A stretch of DNA of 36,425 nt, taken from contig JAVECL010000202.1 in assembly GCA_051942245.1 (NCBI GenBank), positions 1 to 36,425 on the forward strand. The letters are read 5' to 3'. The stretch's first letter is position 1. The number at the start of each line of letters is the position of its first letter. Under the pieces are notes generated by a model. It searched no databases. It was given only the letters and a program-made list of their open reading frames with translations, and was not told where the DNA came from. The translations under genes were made by a program, and so were the position numbers. Positions 1-11,077 of this stretch are shown here, in pieces. This DNA comes from Trypethelium eluteriae (Eukaryota).

Positions 1-1
1 G

Positions 2-910
2 AGTAATTATACGGATAATACGGTGAATACAGGGGAGGTGGAGGATGCTGGGGAGGATTTGGGGTCAAGAGGAGGTGCGCTTAGAGTGGGTGAGGTGGCG
101 GCGCTGGTGGATGCTGTGCCGGATTTTGTCTCGTTTCGGGCGCTGGGGGAAGGGGTGCTGAGTCCGCCTGCAACGGTAGTGGAGCCGGATGAGAAGGCAA
201 AAGATCCGATTGACGGTCCTATCGCATTCCTTAATGAGAGCGAAAGGGAGACGCTTGCCCACATTGTGAAGCGCAAGGAGGAGCTACGGGCGAAGCACTC
301 ACTGTTTAAGGAACGCGAGAAATTCATCGCCCTGTGCAAGGAGCAACATGGAAAGGTTGCGGAACGTGAGGGCGTCGACCCTAAGAATGTTTGCGGCTAC
401 GACTTCCGACTCAGCTGGACCGACGGGGAGTTTCGCGCCTGGCTGGAAAGGCAGAAACAGAAGGAGATACCAAAGAAAGAGGATGGAGCCTCGTCGATAA
501 CAAACGGTGATAGCAATGCCGGCAAGGAAAGTGGTACTGAGGGAGAAGGGGAGGTGTGTCTGAGGAAAAAATGCCCGAGGCATTCCAACTGGAAGCAGCT
601 CGTCCTTCAAGACGTGCGCTTTGAAGTTGCGGACGTAGGAGACGAGATGAGGAGAGTGGACAAAGAGGAGAAGGAGATTCGAGAGAGGGCTATGGTCCGA
701 TGGAGAGAAAAGGTCAATGGTAGCGGAGACAGTGCACACGTGGAGATCGTTGAGGATGGTGATATTGATGCAAAGGCAGAGGCGAAGATGAACGAGGACG
801 CCATTGGCAAAGAGACAGCGGCTGTGAAAGAGGTAGCAACACTCCTCGAAACCGGCCATACCACAGCGATTGAGGATGTGGAAATGCAGAATAGAGCTGA
901 GGCTGCCTAA
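2..910 (+). CDS. SPP1: Set1C/COMPASS subunit Spp1 (Cps40/CFP1 family), C-terminal part; 5' end lies outside the window
   Basis: Seen: frame open from position 2 to TAA at 908-910. Knowledge: CGYDFRLSW...CLRKKCPRHSNWKQL followed by a coiled coil resembles the C-terminal Zn-binding/Set1-binding region of fungal Spp1. The PHD finger is not in the window. Confidence 0.8.
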   Translation, partial: SNYTDNTVNTGEVEDAGEDLGSRGGALRVGEVAALVDAVPDFVSFRALGEGVLSPPATVVEPDEKAKDPIDGPIAFLNESERETLAHIVKRKEELRAKHSLFKEREKFIALCKEQHGKVAEREGVDPKNVCGYDFRLSWTDGEFRAWLERQKQKEIPKKEDGASSITNGDSNAGKESGTEGEGEVCLRKKCPRHSNWKQLVLQDVRFEVADVGDEMRRVDKEEKEIRERAMVRWREKVNGSGDSAHVEIVEDGDIDAKAEAKMNEDAIGKETAAVKEVATLLETGHTTAIEDVEMQNRAEAA

Positions 911-1567
911 TCACTGTGCTCCGGGCCTCGGTCTTTCGGTTTTATTTCAAAGGGGATTCTTGCTATACTCTTGTACTTGGCTAAGATACCCAAATGATAT
1001 TCATTAACACTCTGTGCGTCTCCAAGGTATGACAATAAGATTCCTTTGCATTGAAGGGAATCTTCGCGATCACCGCCAGTCGATGCGTCAGCTGGAAGCT
1101 GGTAAGTCTCAGAGCGACAGATCAAAGTCAAGAATGCACTACAACTGAAGTGGAGCTACATACTAGCATGATCTAGAATGATGTAAGGCTTCAAATATGT
1201 CGAGCATGTCAAGATTCGTAGGACGCTCTTTGGTCAAGCTGCCCAAGAGCCGACGTGCACAGCACTGCCTTAAGTATGTTGCTGGCGAGTGAAACCTCAC
1301 TCCTCGATAACCAGATGTTCCTGCTGCTAAGGGATCACCAACAGAGGCGCAAATCATCAAACTTGCAATGGTGCGATCAAGGTGGGACAGTAATGGACAG
1401 CCTCAGCATGGATAATAAACAAGCATTTAGAGATTCAACGTCTAGATAAAGGAGGTCCTTGGGGTCTGAATTGTTTGTTAACTGTAAACTTATCCAAGGC
1501 AGACCCTAGTCGAACATGACCTCCGTAAGGCATCCGTTCGTAGGTTGTCATCCATGTTACGGTGAGA

Positions 1568-2019
1568 TCAATCCACGGACTTCCTCATATATTGCTGTCG
1601 TAGACGAATAATCAGCAAAACGGAAGAAGTCTTTTTGATAGCATAACATAGTCTAAGCAGCTTAAAGTACTCACGAGACCTTCAAATTTTGCGACTGTGG
1701 TCCCAGCTTGGCAGACACCGTGAAAAGGGCTCGTTCCGGACTCTGTATGCTGTTGAAGCAAGATACAATGCCAGTCCACCCCCTCGTCCATGATTCGCAC
1801 TGATTGCTGAAACACTGAGAAGGCCTCCGGGTTGCTGTTGCGCGGCCACAGAGCGGCAACCAAAGAACTAAAAGTTTGGCGCCCTTTGCCACCGTAAAGA
1901 CGGAGCTCGTAGGCGTTGAAAGTGCCCTTCTTTGGATTGAACGCTGGGGACAGCGGAACGCCTCTGTCCTGCTTGAGGTACTCATGGTGGAAGAATTGGT
2001 CAAAGGAATTTGAAGACAT
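1568..2019 (-). CDS. Small hypothetical protein (~123 aa), 2 exons (2019-1675, 1594-1568)
   Basis: Seen: ATG at 2019; GTGAGT donor at 1674, CTGAT branch-like site, CAG acceptor at 1595; phase-0 join gives ...AKFEGL|QYMRKSVD*. No family recognised. Confidence 0.5.
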
Positions 2020-3535
2020 GATTGAGAAGACGATTTGAGACAGGACAGATTGAAGGATAGGTGACAAGGCCGGGCTGATCTCGCCCTTCATATGTAAATG
2101 CAGGACATGGCTGCCTGGCGAGTATCATTTTTGCGACTGCCGTACAACGTGGTACAGAAATGCTGTTGTGTTCCCGAATTACAAGGGTAGTAGAGGAGGT
2201 CTGCGAAAGGCGATGCACAGTGAACAAAAGGTCCATAGATTTTGAGCAAGGGCAATCATCATAGATGACCGAGAGTAAAGAGCTACAGCTGGTATCTGAG
2301 GGGTTCGGGAGTAATCGTCTACAAGGGATTTATTGACGAGATGAGTCCTGCCTGAAATCTGTGAATGCAAATAGTATACCATGTAGAAGGAATCAAAAAT
2401 CAGGCATACGAAAAGAGTGCAATGAGATCGCAGGTTACGGAACATATCATATAGGGATCGAAGATACATGTAGGCTGATGGTAATTCCACCGCACACAAA
2501 AAGCATTTACTCCAGGGTCCACGTGGTTATTCTTGCACAAGCTATGCCGGCGATTAAGTTAGCCAAGCAAGACCCTCATCCACCCTCTGGAGCTTAATTA
2601 CAGAGGTGTAGTTTACGGTGGCTATGCTCATATAAGATCGATTTAAATGTGACGTCGGGACAGACGGCGAGAGGGGCGTGAGGGGGAAATTATTATGGAT
2701 CCTCAGTGGGTGAATTAGCAATGGATGAATGTTTCATTTCCCATCGGCGGCACAGGTCAGGAGACGAATCAGGGGGCAGAAGAGAGCGCCACAACGAGAA
2801 GGCGCCCCTGAAGCTAGTTGCCAATCTGGAAGGCGCCATCCCGAACCCCGGCCCCAACTCTTAACGACGACTTTGCGCGCCAACAACACGACCGGAATTT
2901 CACAGCATAAACGCACGAAACGAAACAACAATCTGGTATCCGTCATACCGAAACGAGATTAAGCTTAAGGTAGATAGCTACGGTGAGAAACAGTTTCCAA
3001 TGCTTTCTCAGTCGTTCTGTCTTGTGGCCACCTTTCGAGTATTCCCACAAAGCGGGCAAAAACTTCAGGACTCCACGACCCGATCATCGGAAACTCTCTT
3101 TTGTGTGTAGAGTACCTAGCAACCCTGTTGAGCAGTCCGACTGGTTCCTGCAGTAGTGGTAGCGAACCAAGGGCCCCGGTTGTGATCCTAGAAAGCCAGA
3201 TCAGCGGCCATTCACATCGTTTGGTGGGTACAGCGGCTCACTCGCGCCACGCTCAGACCTGGCCGCTGGCTGCTGAGTGCCAATCCCTATTCCCATGACC
3301 TCGGCCACTAAAACATCTCTGTCATGTTGCTTAATTTCCCTCTCCTTTAAGGTAAATCGCTGTCCTCCTTCAGTTTCACTCCCCTACACCTCTCTCACCC
3401 CAAACTCTTCACCCTCTTGACTTCGGTCGTCCGTTCTTTGAACAAATCAAGCCCAACTACTACTATCATTAATATATCAGGTTCATATTTGAACTCGTTC
3501 TTCATTCAATTTTTCATACAATCCAAGTAATCAAG

Positions 3536-5047
3536 ATGCGTTACGCCTTCATCACCGCGGCCCTCCTCGGCCTGGCCTCTGCTGGCTCAACTGTGTACGA
3601 GACTGAGACCGACACCATCACCTCCTGCGGTCCTGAGGTCACCAACTGCCCAGCTCGCTCGCACTCTGCTACATCTGCTGCCGCCAGCACTCCTACCTCA
3701 GTGGCATCGGTCCCAGCAAGCCCCTCTTCATACAGCGCTTCAGTCCCAGCTGCCTCCCCATCTGCCCCGGCCCCAGCTGGTCCTCCATCATATAGTGCCT
3801 CTGTGCCAGCTGCATCACCATCCACTCCAGCTGCTTCTCCGTCGGTCCCAGCTGCTTCTCCGTCCACCCCAGCTGCCTCTCCATCAGTCCCAGCTGCCTC
3901 TCCATCAACCCCGGCAGCATCTCCCTCAGTCCCAGCCGCATCGCCATCGACCCCAGCTGCAGCCTCAACTCCCGCCACCAGCCCAGCTGCTGCTCCCTCC
4001 ACCTACCCCGCTGGCTCTGCCCCAGCTGGCTCCGCTCCCGCTGCTTCCGTCCCAGCCAGCTCAGGCGCCGCCTCCGTCCCCGCCGGCAGTGCTCCAGCTC
4101 CCAGCTCTCCAGCGGAGTCCGTTCCTGCCGGTGGTGCCCCGGCCCCGAGCTCCCCAGTTCAGTCCGTCCCTGCTGGCAGCGCCCCGGCTCCCAGCTCTCC
4201 AGCTCAGTCTGTCCCAGCTGGTGGTGCTCCCGCCCCTAGCGCTCCTGCTGGTACCGCTTCGGCTGCTGCAAGCTCTTGCCCAGTTTGCGCACCCAGCACT
4301 GTCACTGTTACTGTGACCGCTGGTGGCTCTGCTCCTTCAAGTGGTGCTGGCTCGCCCGCTGGCTCTCCTGCGGGCTCTGGTTCAAGCGGTGCTGGCTCTC
4401 CTGCCGGCTCCCCTGCTGGCTCTGGCTCAAGCGGTGCTGGCTCTCCAGCTGGCTCCCCTGCTGGTTCCCCCGCTGGGTCTGGCTCCGGTGCCGGCTCTCC
4501 CGCAGGTTCTCCCGCTGGTTCTCCTGCTGGCACCCCAGCTGGCTCTGCTCCTGCAGGTGGTGCTTCCAGCGGTGCCGGTTCGCCAGCTCCTTACGGCAGT
4601 GGCTCTCCCGCTGGCTCTGGCTCGCCCGCCGGCACTGGCTCAAGCGGTTCCGGCTCTCCTGCTGGTTCTCCTGCCGGTTCTGCTCCTACTGGTAGTGCCT
4701 CAAGCGGTGCTGGCTCTCCTGCTGGCTCCCCTGCTGGCTCTCCTGCCGGCTCTGGCTCAAGCGGTGCTGGTTCCCCAGCGGGCTCTGGCTCTTCTGGCGC
4801 CGGTGCTGGTGCTCCTTACCCGATTGCCTCTGGTGCCTCTGGCGCTGCTTCTGGCGTTGCTCAGCCAACTGGCTTCGGCAGCCAGCAGTCGGGTGTCGCT
4901 CAGCCGACTGGCATTAGGCCTTCCTACACTGCTTCCTCGACCAAGAGCAGCCCGTCCGGCCCGGCTACTTTCACCGGTGCTGCTAACATCAACAATGCCG
5001 GTGCTTTCGTCGCTGGTGTTGGCGCCCTCGCTGCTCTTCTCTTGTAA
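3536..5047 (+). CDS. GPI-anchored Ser/Ala/Pro/Gly-rich cell-wall mannoprotein (503 aa)
   Basis: Seen: signal peptide MRYAFITAALLGLASA; Cys motif TITSCGPEVTNCPA; long low-complexity repeats; C-terminal FTGAA...AFVAGVGALAALLL. Strong C/T third-position bias and CT-rich leader. Knowledge: FTGAA plus hydrophobic tail is a typical fungal GPI signal. Confidence 0.92.
   Translation: MRYAFITAALLGLASAGSTVYETETDTITSCGPEVTNCPARSHSATSAAASTPTSVASVPASPSSYSASVPAASPSAPAPAGPPSYSASVPAASPSTPAASPSVPAASPSTPAASPSVPAASPSTPAASPSVPAASPSTPAAASTPATSPAAAPSTYPAGSAPAGSAPAASVPASSGAASVPAGSAPAPSSPAESVPAGGAPAPSSPVQSVPAGSAPAPSSPAQSVPAGGAPAPSAPAGTASAAASSCPVCAPSTVTVTVTAGGSAPSSGAGSPAGSPAGSGSSGAGSPAGSPAGSGSSGAGSPAGSPAGSPAGSGSGAGSPAGSPAGSPAGTPAGSAPAGGASSGAGSPAPYGSGSPAGSGSPAGTGSSGSGSPAGSPAGSAPTGSASSGAGSPAGSPAGSPAGSGSSGAGSPAGSGSSGAGAGAPYPIASGASGAASGVAQPTGFGSQQSGVAQPTGIRPSYTASSTKSSPSGPATFTGAANINNAGAFVAGVGALAALLL
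3806..4252 (+). repeat. Coding tandem repeats: 7x 21-nt (PAASPS[T/V]) at 3806-3952 and 4x 45-nt (SVPAG[S/G]APAPSSPxx) at 4073-4252
   Basis: Read directly from the translation. Copies differ at synonymous positions. A third block of GSPA/GSGSSGA units follows at about 4348-4800. Confidence 0.9.
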
Positions 5048-5782
5048 GAGAAGCTCGTAGCGTTGTGATGAGTTGATCGGTGGTGGACCAAACCTCTTGT
5101 ACATGTCAATGGTCTGCCCTGATTTTACGCTTGGGTAAAAGGTCAAATGGCATACGAAAGAACAGGCGTGGATGGTGTGAACTGATCCTTTTCCATGGCC
5201 GCGATCGGGTTGCTTCTACTTGGTTTGCTTTTTATAATTCTACGAGACAATGCGTCAAGAAACGCTGTCATTGGTAATTAGGCAATAATAATTGATTACT
5301 TGGTTGATCAACCCAATCTTCCCATCTTAAGTTGTCGCTGCATGCTTGCTACGTAGTTTTGCCCCCTCGAGCATCACATTTTGAAACCGGGTGCTCTACT
5401 TGACAACTGTGCTTCTTACCAAGTACACCACCCTAATCTCAAGAGAATAAAGGGCTCCGATCCAGCTACGGGTACGGAGTGAAACCGATTATTCCAGGAT
5501 TGCAAAGTCTGAATAAGGTATGTAATGGTCCTTTGTATTTTGTGTTCACACACTTTTCTGAAAATTCTAGGATAGACGTAATATTAAGATGGGTAGTATT
5601 AATCGGTGTATTATTAGTGGTACTGTATATGAATCTACGCAGAACAATCAACCAGAATACTATCTTCGCCAATCCCATGCATTCGCATATCCAGACGTCC
5701 CATGCCCCCAAATACTTTGCTACTTTTAATGACCTGTGAACATCTTCCGTTGGCGACCCTCGATCAGACTATCTCGAGTCTG

Positions 5783-6919
5783 TCAGTGGTGCCTACTTGA
5801 CTTTGTAGGAGCCAGCACCGGGCATGACTTTGCGCCAGGGACTTTGGTAGGCGCTTTCGACGGCCTACATGGTTTGGCACGTCGAGGGAAAATAGTCTCG
5901 ACAAGGATGAATTCTCTGGTGCTCGTTTTAGTCACCGGTTTGAGAGTTGTGGTCTTGGTTGCGGTAACCGTCGGCTTAGTGATTACTGTGCCTTCCACAT
6001 TACTACACAGAGTCGTTGTAAGAGGGGTAGGCGTCGAAGTTGCGGTGGCTGTGACTGTATCGGTCGAAGTTGATGTGTCGGTAGTCGTGATAGTTGTAGT
6101 AAGGAGAGAAGTTGAGGTAGTGTAGGTGGTTGGCGCAGGGGCGCCAAGGTAATATGGGCACCACGCCGTTTCAAACGTTCCAGTATTGACTTGACGAGCG
6201 GCAAGACCTCGTTGTTTCTGACCAAAACCTGGCTGAGGATAACAACTTAAATGTGTGGTTGAAAGTATAACTTCGGTGAGCTTCACTGTCTTCGCAGATG
6301 GCGTGATTGTCGATGTGATGGTCGTTGTTGATGGTGAAGCTGTCGAAGTTAAGGTACCGGTCGTACATGGGGTCGTGGTTGTCGACTGAGCAATGATGCT
6401 TGTTGAAGTTACTGTTGTTGTCGAACTTGTGCTTGTAACTGTCCCTGTGGTAGATGAAATAGTGGAGGTGGCTGCTGTGAAATATAGGGATGTGACTGGG
6501 CTGTGGGTGTATGTGTGCGCCCCATAGTTTTCTGGAAGATTGTCTTGCACGTTGAAAGTGACTATAGAGTCTGGTTGTATTTGGGTATTTGCGTTAGGGA
6601 AGTCGAAGGTAAGAGCGCTGGCCGTAGAGGAGGCGCCCGCCGCAGTAGATGCAGTTTCGCTGGTCACACTTCCATCGACGCCGGTGTAAGTCACTGCCAC
6701 GGTATATATCTCGCCATCAGAGCAAGGGCAAACTCCGATTCCATACGCAAAATTTGAGCCATCATTAGGATCAACTCCGCAGGGAGCAGCCACAGCGATT
6801 GCTTGGACGAGATTACATGTCCCATCCGAACACGCGTCAGAATATTGTGCACTGGTGGCCCAAGAAAAGAAACTGAGGACTGATGCAGCTGTGACTGCAA
6901 AGGAGCGAAAAAGTGTCAT
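5783..6919 (-). CDS. Secreted Thr-rich protein with Cys-containing N-terminal domain (~378 aa; alternative ATG at 6928)
   Basis: Seen: signal-like MTLFRSFAVTAASVLSFFSWATSA-QY; ~120-aa Cys/beta-rich region; two Thr stalks; basic C-terminus with no GPI tail. The extra 5' part of the ORF track (to 7063) is probably UTR. Confidence 0.8.
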   Translation of the reverse strand: MTLFRSFAVTAASVLSFFSWATSAQYSDACSDGTCNLVQAIAVAAPCGVDPNDGSNFAYGIGVCPCSDGEIYTVAVTYTGVDGSVTSETASTAAGASSTASALTFDFPNANTQIQPDSIVTFNVQDNLPENYGAHTYTHSPVTSLYFTAATSTISSTTGTVTSTSSTTTVTSTSIIAQSTTTTPCTTGTLTSTASPSTTTITSTITPSAKTVKLTEVILSTTHLSCYPQPGFGQKQRGLAARQVNTGTFETAWCPYYLGAPAPTTYTTSTSLLTTTITTTDTSTSTDTVTATATSTPTPLTTTLCSNVEGTVITKPTVTATKTTTLKPVTKTSTREFILVETIFPRRAKPCRPSKAPTKVPGAKSCPVLAPTKSSRHH

Positions 6920-9581
6920 GATCTTCATGAAACGTAAAAGAAGGTTCAAATTTGAAGACGTGCCTGTGGTTTTGTTTGGTAAAGAAATGAAGAGAGGGTC
7001 TTGTTGGCAGCTCATCTTGCGAGCGACACCGGAGCCATATATGGCCTTTGAGTGAATATCCATCGGACAGTCCAGACTCAGGCTATGTCATCATCTTTGC
7101 AAATACCCTGTTGATTCTACTACAAACTATCACAGAATTGTTGCTAGGGTAAGTGTTCAGTCACTTCCCATTTGCGGAACCTCAGTCACATCTCTCTGAT
7201 TGGGGATACATATTTTAGAAGGACTGTCTAGACCACCGTAGGTGCGACTCCTCGGCTGCGGGCACGTGTATCCTGCTGGACGCGAGTTGTGTCTAGCGCG
7301 AAGGCACGGATTTGGCATTCAAGAAGCTTAACTTTGACAGATGTGGAATGGAAGACAGCACCATTTGAGGCTCGATGGTTAAAAAAAGTCAGACCGTGCT
7401 TTCCTATTTAGGTCTTTCAATACCTGCTTTCATGCCGAGACCACTAGTCCTTCACTTCCCTCTAGAAGTGACGTTGCTGGCTTGCGTCGATCAGCGCTGC
7501 GTACGGAAACCCTCAATTTCGGATGCTGTAGCTGTTAGCTGTTCGGTGAAGTAGAGTTCTTTTGGTTTCAACCCTTCATCTCTTGCGTCTTCCAATTTCC
7601 AGATTGTTTCCACCGATGCAGGAACGGTTTTCCGCTTCACTACCGTACTTTTTCATGGGGGCAGAGATCATGGGACGGCTGGTACTGCTGGAGAGAGATG
7701 AAGTGTGAACAATCGAGATGCTCGCCGACGGCAGATCGACCGCGTGCCTGGCCGCACAAGCCCTACCTGGCCATTCTAGTCCAGGTACTATACCTGTTAG
7801 CGACCTCGCCGGAGCGACACCGCCATAGTAGCTTGATGTACATCATCATCAAGACAATCCTCGGACTACCGACATTCAGCCGAACCACCAATTTGAGGGC
7901 CTCGGCTGCCCGTGGATTATCTGATACCTCCGTATTACTCCCATGATCCCTAAGGCGACTAACCTTCGGCTCAGCCTCTGCTTAAGGCCACTACGTTTGC
8001 TTCGGCTGCTTAGAGTCGATCTAAAATGCCGTTTGAGATGTAAAAGGCTAGTCACATTATCAGCGGCCAGTTTCATTTAGTGTGGCTCGTCTGAGTCTAG
8101 TTGGCCACCCAATTGGCGAGCTGAGTCGGGCCTGGCCAAGAAGCTTTGATTTGATTCAGTGTAGGCATCATTAGGTATACGGAGCACCTGGCCTGGAGGT
8201 AGATCTTTGGGAGATCCACAGCACCCTGCCCGTCTGCCGGGATCTTGGTCATCTCACGCGTATCTGTCGTAGCGATGTTCGCATACAGTTGCCGCGAGTA
8301 CTCCGTATACTTGAGACAGGCACGATAGGAAGCGGATTGCATCCGGAGCCTTCTTGGTACTTGACTTCAGCGCTTAGCATGTCATTAGCGATATTTTGGC
8401 ACGACTAGGTACTCAAGTTTCTGGACTTCATCTGTGGTTTCTCAGAGCGTCGCGTGGTTTCCTGCTCGCCAGTCCCAAATAAGCCCAACGAACCATTAAT
8501 TGAGATCATAGGGAGCCTATAACTTGGCGTATGGGTTGCCAGCATGGTCTGAGTTCCGAATAAAGGCCCTTAGTACCTACGTCATCACTGTAACTCAGTG
8601 CAGTACCGAGCAGGAGTTGTTTGAGTGTCGCCATCATCCCTTGATAGTTGATACAACAGCAAACGTGCAGCCTCTATGTCAAAGACACAAAGCGTGCCTT
8701 TGCCAGTTGGACAAGGAGTTGCTATGAATAAAATGTAATTAGCTGGCTCCGAAATATCCGATGACGCAAGTGAGCTTTATCCTAGGAATTCAGCACTGGT
8801 ACTGATTATCGGCCATATGCCCATCATATTTGAGGGAAATTAAAATTCTGCGTGTCATTCGGATAACAAGACTCCACTGAGCAAGACGTACTAACGAGAT
8901 CACATTGGGGAAGCGTAGAATTCTCGAAGACTCTGGCGGATGGGAAGAACTTGAAAGAGTTCATCCGTGCGATTCTACACGATGTGAAGGATTGATCCAC
9001 GGAGAAATCATGTAGAGAGCGAGCCAATTATTCATCGAAGTGCTGACTGTAGATGACCGTTGGGAAGAATCGATGGAAGTTAACCACCGGTCGCTCCCGG
9101 CGAGCATCAAGCCACGCAAGCGTACTTTATGAACTCCTCGGAAAAACCGCGCTTTTGGTCAACTTCGGACTTCATAGGTATGTAGCCCCAGCCGGGGATT
9201 TTTCGCATTCAGCAATACGCTGAGCCACTATGCCACAACCAACTGCAGGGTATTGTTCCTTCATACGGTTCTGGATCTTGGATTCGGCGTGTCAGCTCGC
9301 GGGCCTGTGATGACCAAGACTTTGCGAATTATTGTTGTGCTTCCCGCTGTGTTATGACGGATCCGTCGGCGCAATAACATGCGAATGACACCAGGATGTT
9401 TGGAGAGATTACATGATACGCTGTGAGGATGCGATCCATTAAAATTGCAACTTCCGTATAAATACGTGAGTTCTTTCTTCATCTTCTACCAAAAGTTCAA
9501 TGCATTCAGCAGCAACAAGCTACTCTCATAAATCAGTTCATTACTTCCAATTCTCAAAGTCCAATCCACAAATCAGACAAA

Positions 9582-10426
9582 ATGACAGAAAAGGCATCCA
9601 TCAAGATGCAACACATCTCTCCAATTGATCTCCGCTCCATCCCCCACCGCATTTCCTATCTCAAGCGCTTTCTAAACTTCACCGAGGCCGACGGCGCCGC
9701 CATCCAAGCCAGCGCCGCTGTCCTTGGACCTCTCATCCCCGCTGTCCTTGATGCCGTCTACACAAACCTGCTCAGCTACGACATCACCGCCAAAGCCTTC
9801 GCTCCCCCGCAACCGGAGTTTGATGGCCCGACTCCTGCCTCCGTGCAAGACCTCACACTCGACCACCCGCAGATCCTGCATCGCAAGGACTTCCTGAAGC
9901 GCTACCTTTTGCAGCTCGTGGGAAACCAGGAATGGGATGACGAGAGCAAGATCTGGGATTATATGGACAAGGTCGGGATCATGCATACCGGAGAGCCGGG
10001 GTTCAAGCATCGGGCGAGGAGGCCAGAGTTGCGCGTGGAGTATGTGCACATGGGTGCGCTGTTGGCGTTTGTGGAGGATGTCGTGGTGGGGGCGGTGATG
10101 GGAACTGAGGAGCTGGATCTACAGACGAAGACGCAGACGATCAGAGCGTGGAATAAGTTGTTGTGGATCCAGAATGATCTGTTTGCGAGGCACTATGTGG
10201 TGGATCGTGACTCGAAATTCGCGCCAAGAGGCTCGACGGCGCTTGCCAAGGTAGATACGGCTTCCTCTCATGCTAAAGCAAGGCTCTAGCTAATGACAAT
10301 GTGCAGGCTGCGGATGCTAAGTATCCAGATGCCGCCGTCACAGCCGAAAATAACTTCAAACTTCTCGGTCCAATCTTGGGCGGAGCCTTCACAGTCCTCA
10401 TTTGGCTTCTCTATACCAAACGTTAA
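9582..10426 (+). CDS. Protoglobin/globin-sensor-domain protein (fungoglobin-like), 262 aa, 2 exons (9582-10250, 10307-10426), with C-terminal TM tail
   Basis: Seen: RISYLKRFLNFTEAD, VLDAVYTNLLSY, YMDKVGIMHTG, RVEYVHM, AWNKLLWIQNDLFARHY. Intron GTAGAT(10251)...GCTAAT...CAG(10306); exon 2 = AADAKYPDAAVTAENNFKLLGPILGGAFTVLIWLLYTKR*. Knowledge: motifs match the protoglobin (sensor globin) fold; H of MHTG is the likely proximal His. Confidence 0.88.
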
Positions 10427-10913
10427 GAGTGTGGACTAAGTTAGAACTCGGCTCTGTCGAGGCTTGTTTTATGAGCGTAGGCGTGGTGGAGTTTTGGTAA
10501 TCATCAGTAATCACTGTAGTGAGAGGAAATTGGACGTGGAATAACTTATGACAGAAATTCCGCTCTAGTATTCTATTTGATAATTTGTTAAGGTATTATT
10601 GAGATATTGAAACAGGATTTCCAAGAAGACGTGCAAATCCACAACTGCGCTAACAAGCATAATCATGCCTCCGTTCAGACAATATTGGTATGAAGATAGG
10701 CTATTTCACCCATTTCCGTAAATGGAGATAAGAGGATGGCAGGATATTAGATGAGTTTGTAGTTCAAAGAGGAAAGTATCTTGTACAAAAGGATAGAATA
10801 GCTGGAAAGGGTAATCTCAGTTCCCCTAGACATTGGTGAGTGCTGGTACCTCGTTCCACTTTGTGTACGTATATAAATAGACTCAAGTCTTTCACATTCT
10901 ATGTGCTCACAAA

Positions 10914-11077
10914 ATCGCTTCGGTGGTGCAGTGGGAAGACACGCAGAACAAACTCCGCCCTTCAGCTAGTAATCGGGGTCAACACTTGGTGTTCCTATCA
11001 ATGCAGTGACGTTGCTGGGTTTATGGAATGGCTCCAGGGGGGTTTCTTCATAAGGCACTTCGGTGCCTGAACTTTTT
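10914..11077 (+). ncRNA. Candidate structured non-coding RNA, family unassigned, possibly Pol III
   Basis: Seen: hairpin ATCGC-TTCG-GTGGT (10914-10927); hairpin AACAC-TTG-GTGTT (10981-10993); perfect hairpin AGGCAC-TTCG-GTGCCT (11053-11068) then TTTTT (11073-11077); TATAAATA at 10872-10879; A-box TGGTGCAGTGG at 10924-10934. That it is an RNA gene is inference. Confidence 0.55.

Noticed and set aside
3541..5146. Many long overlapping ORFs on both strands
   Set aside because: Shadows of the stop-poor repetitive GPI protein gene.
9168..9185. U3 snoRNA-like ACTTCATAG followed by GTATGT donor
   Set aside because: No downstream GATCATTTC continuation or B/C/D boxes found.
7064..9581. Short ORFs or pseudogene remnant in the 2.5-kb region between the Thr-rich gene and the globin
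   Set aside because: No recognisable domain, consistent frame, terminal repeats or spliceable model.
10917..10995. tRNA gene (tRNA-like 5' end GCTTCGG-TG-GTGCAGTGG)
   Set aside because: No anticodon stem or acceptor-stem pairing and the T-loop is non-canonical (GTCAACA). Kept only as the A-box of the ncRNA candidate.
10914..11077. Identification as U4 snRNA (TGCAGTGGGAAGACACGCA and TTGCTGG resemble yeast U4)
   Set aside because: Poor complementarity to U6 stem II and wrong spacing between the segments. Cannot be assigned without a covariance-model search.
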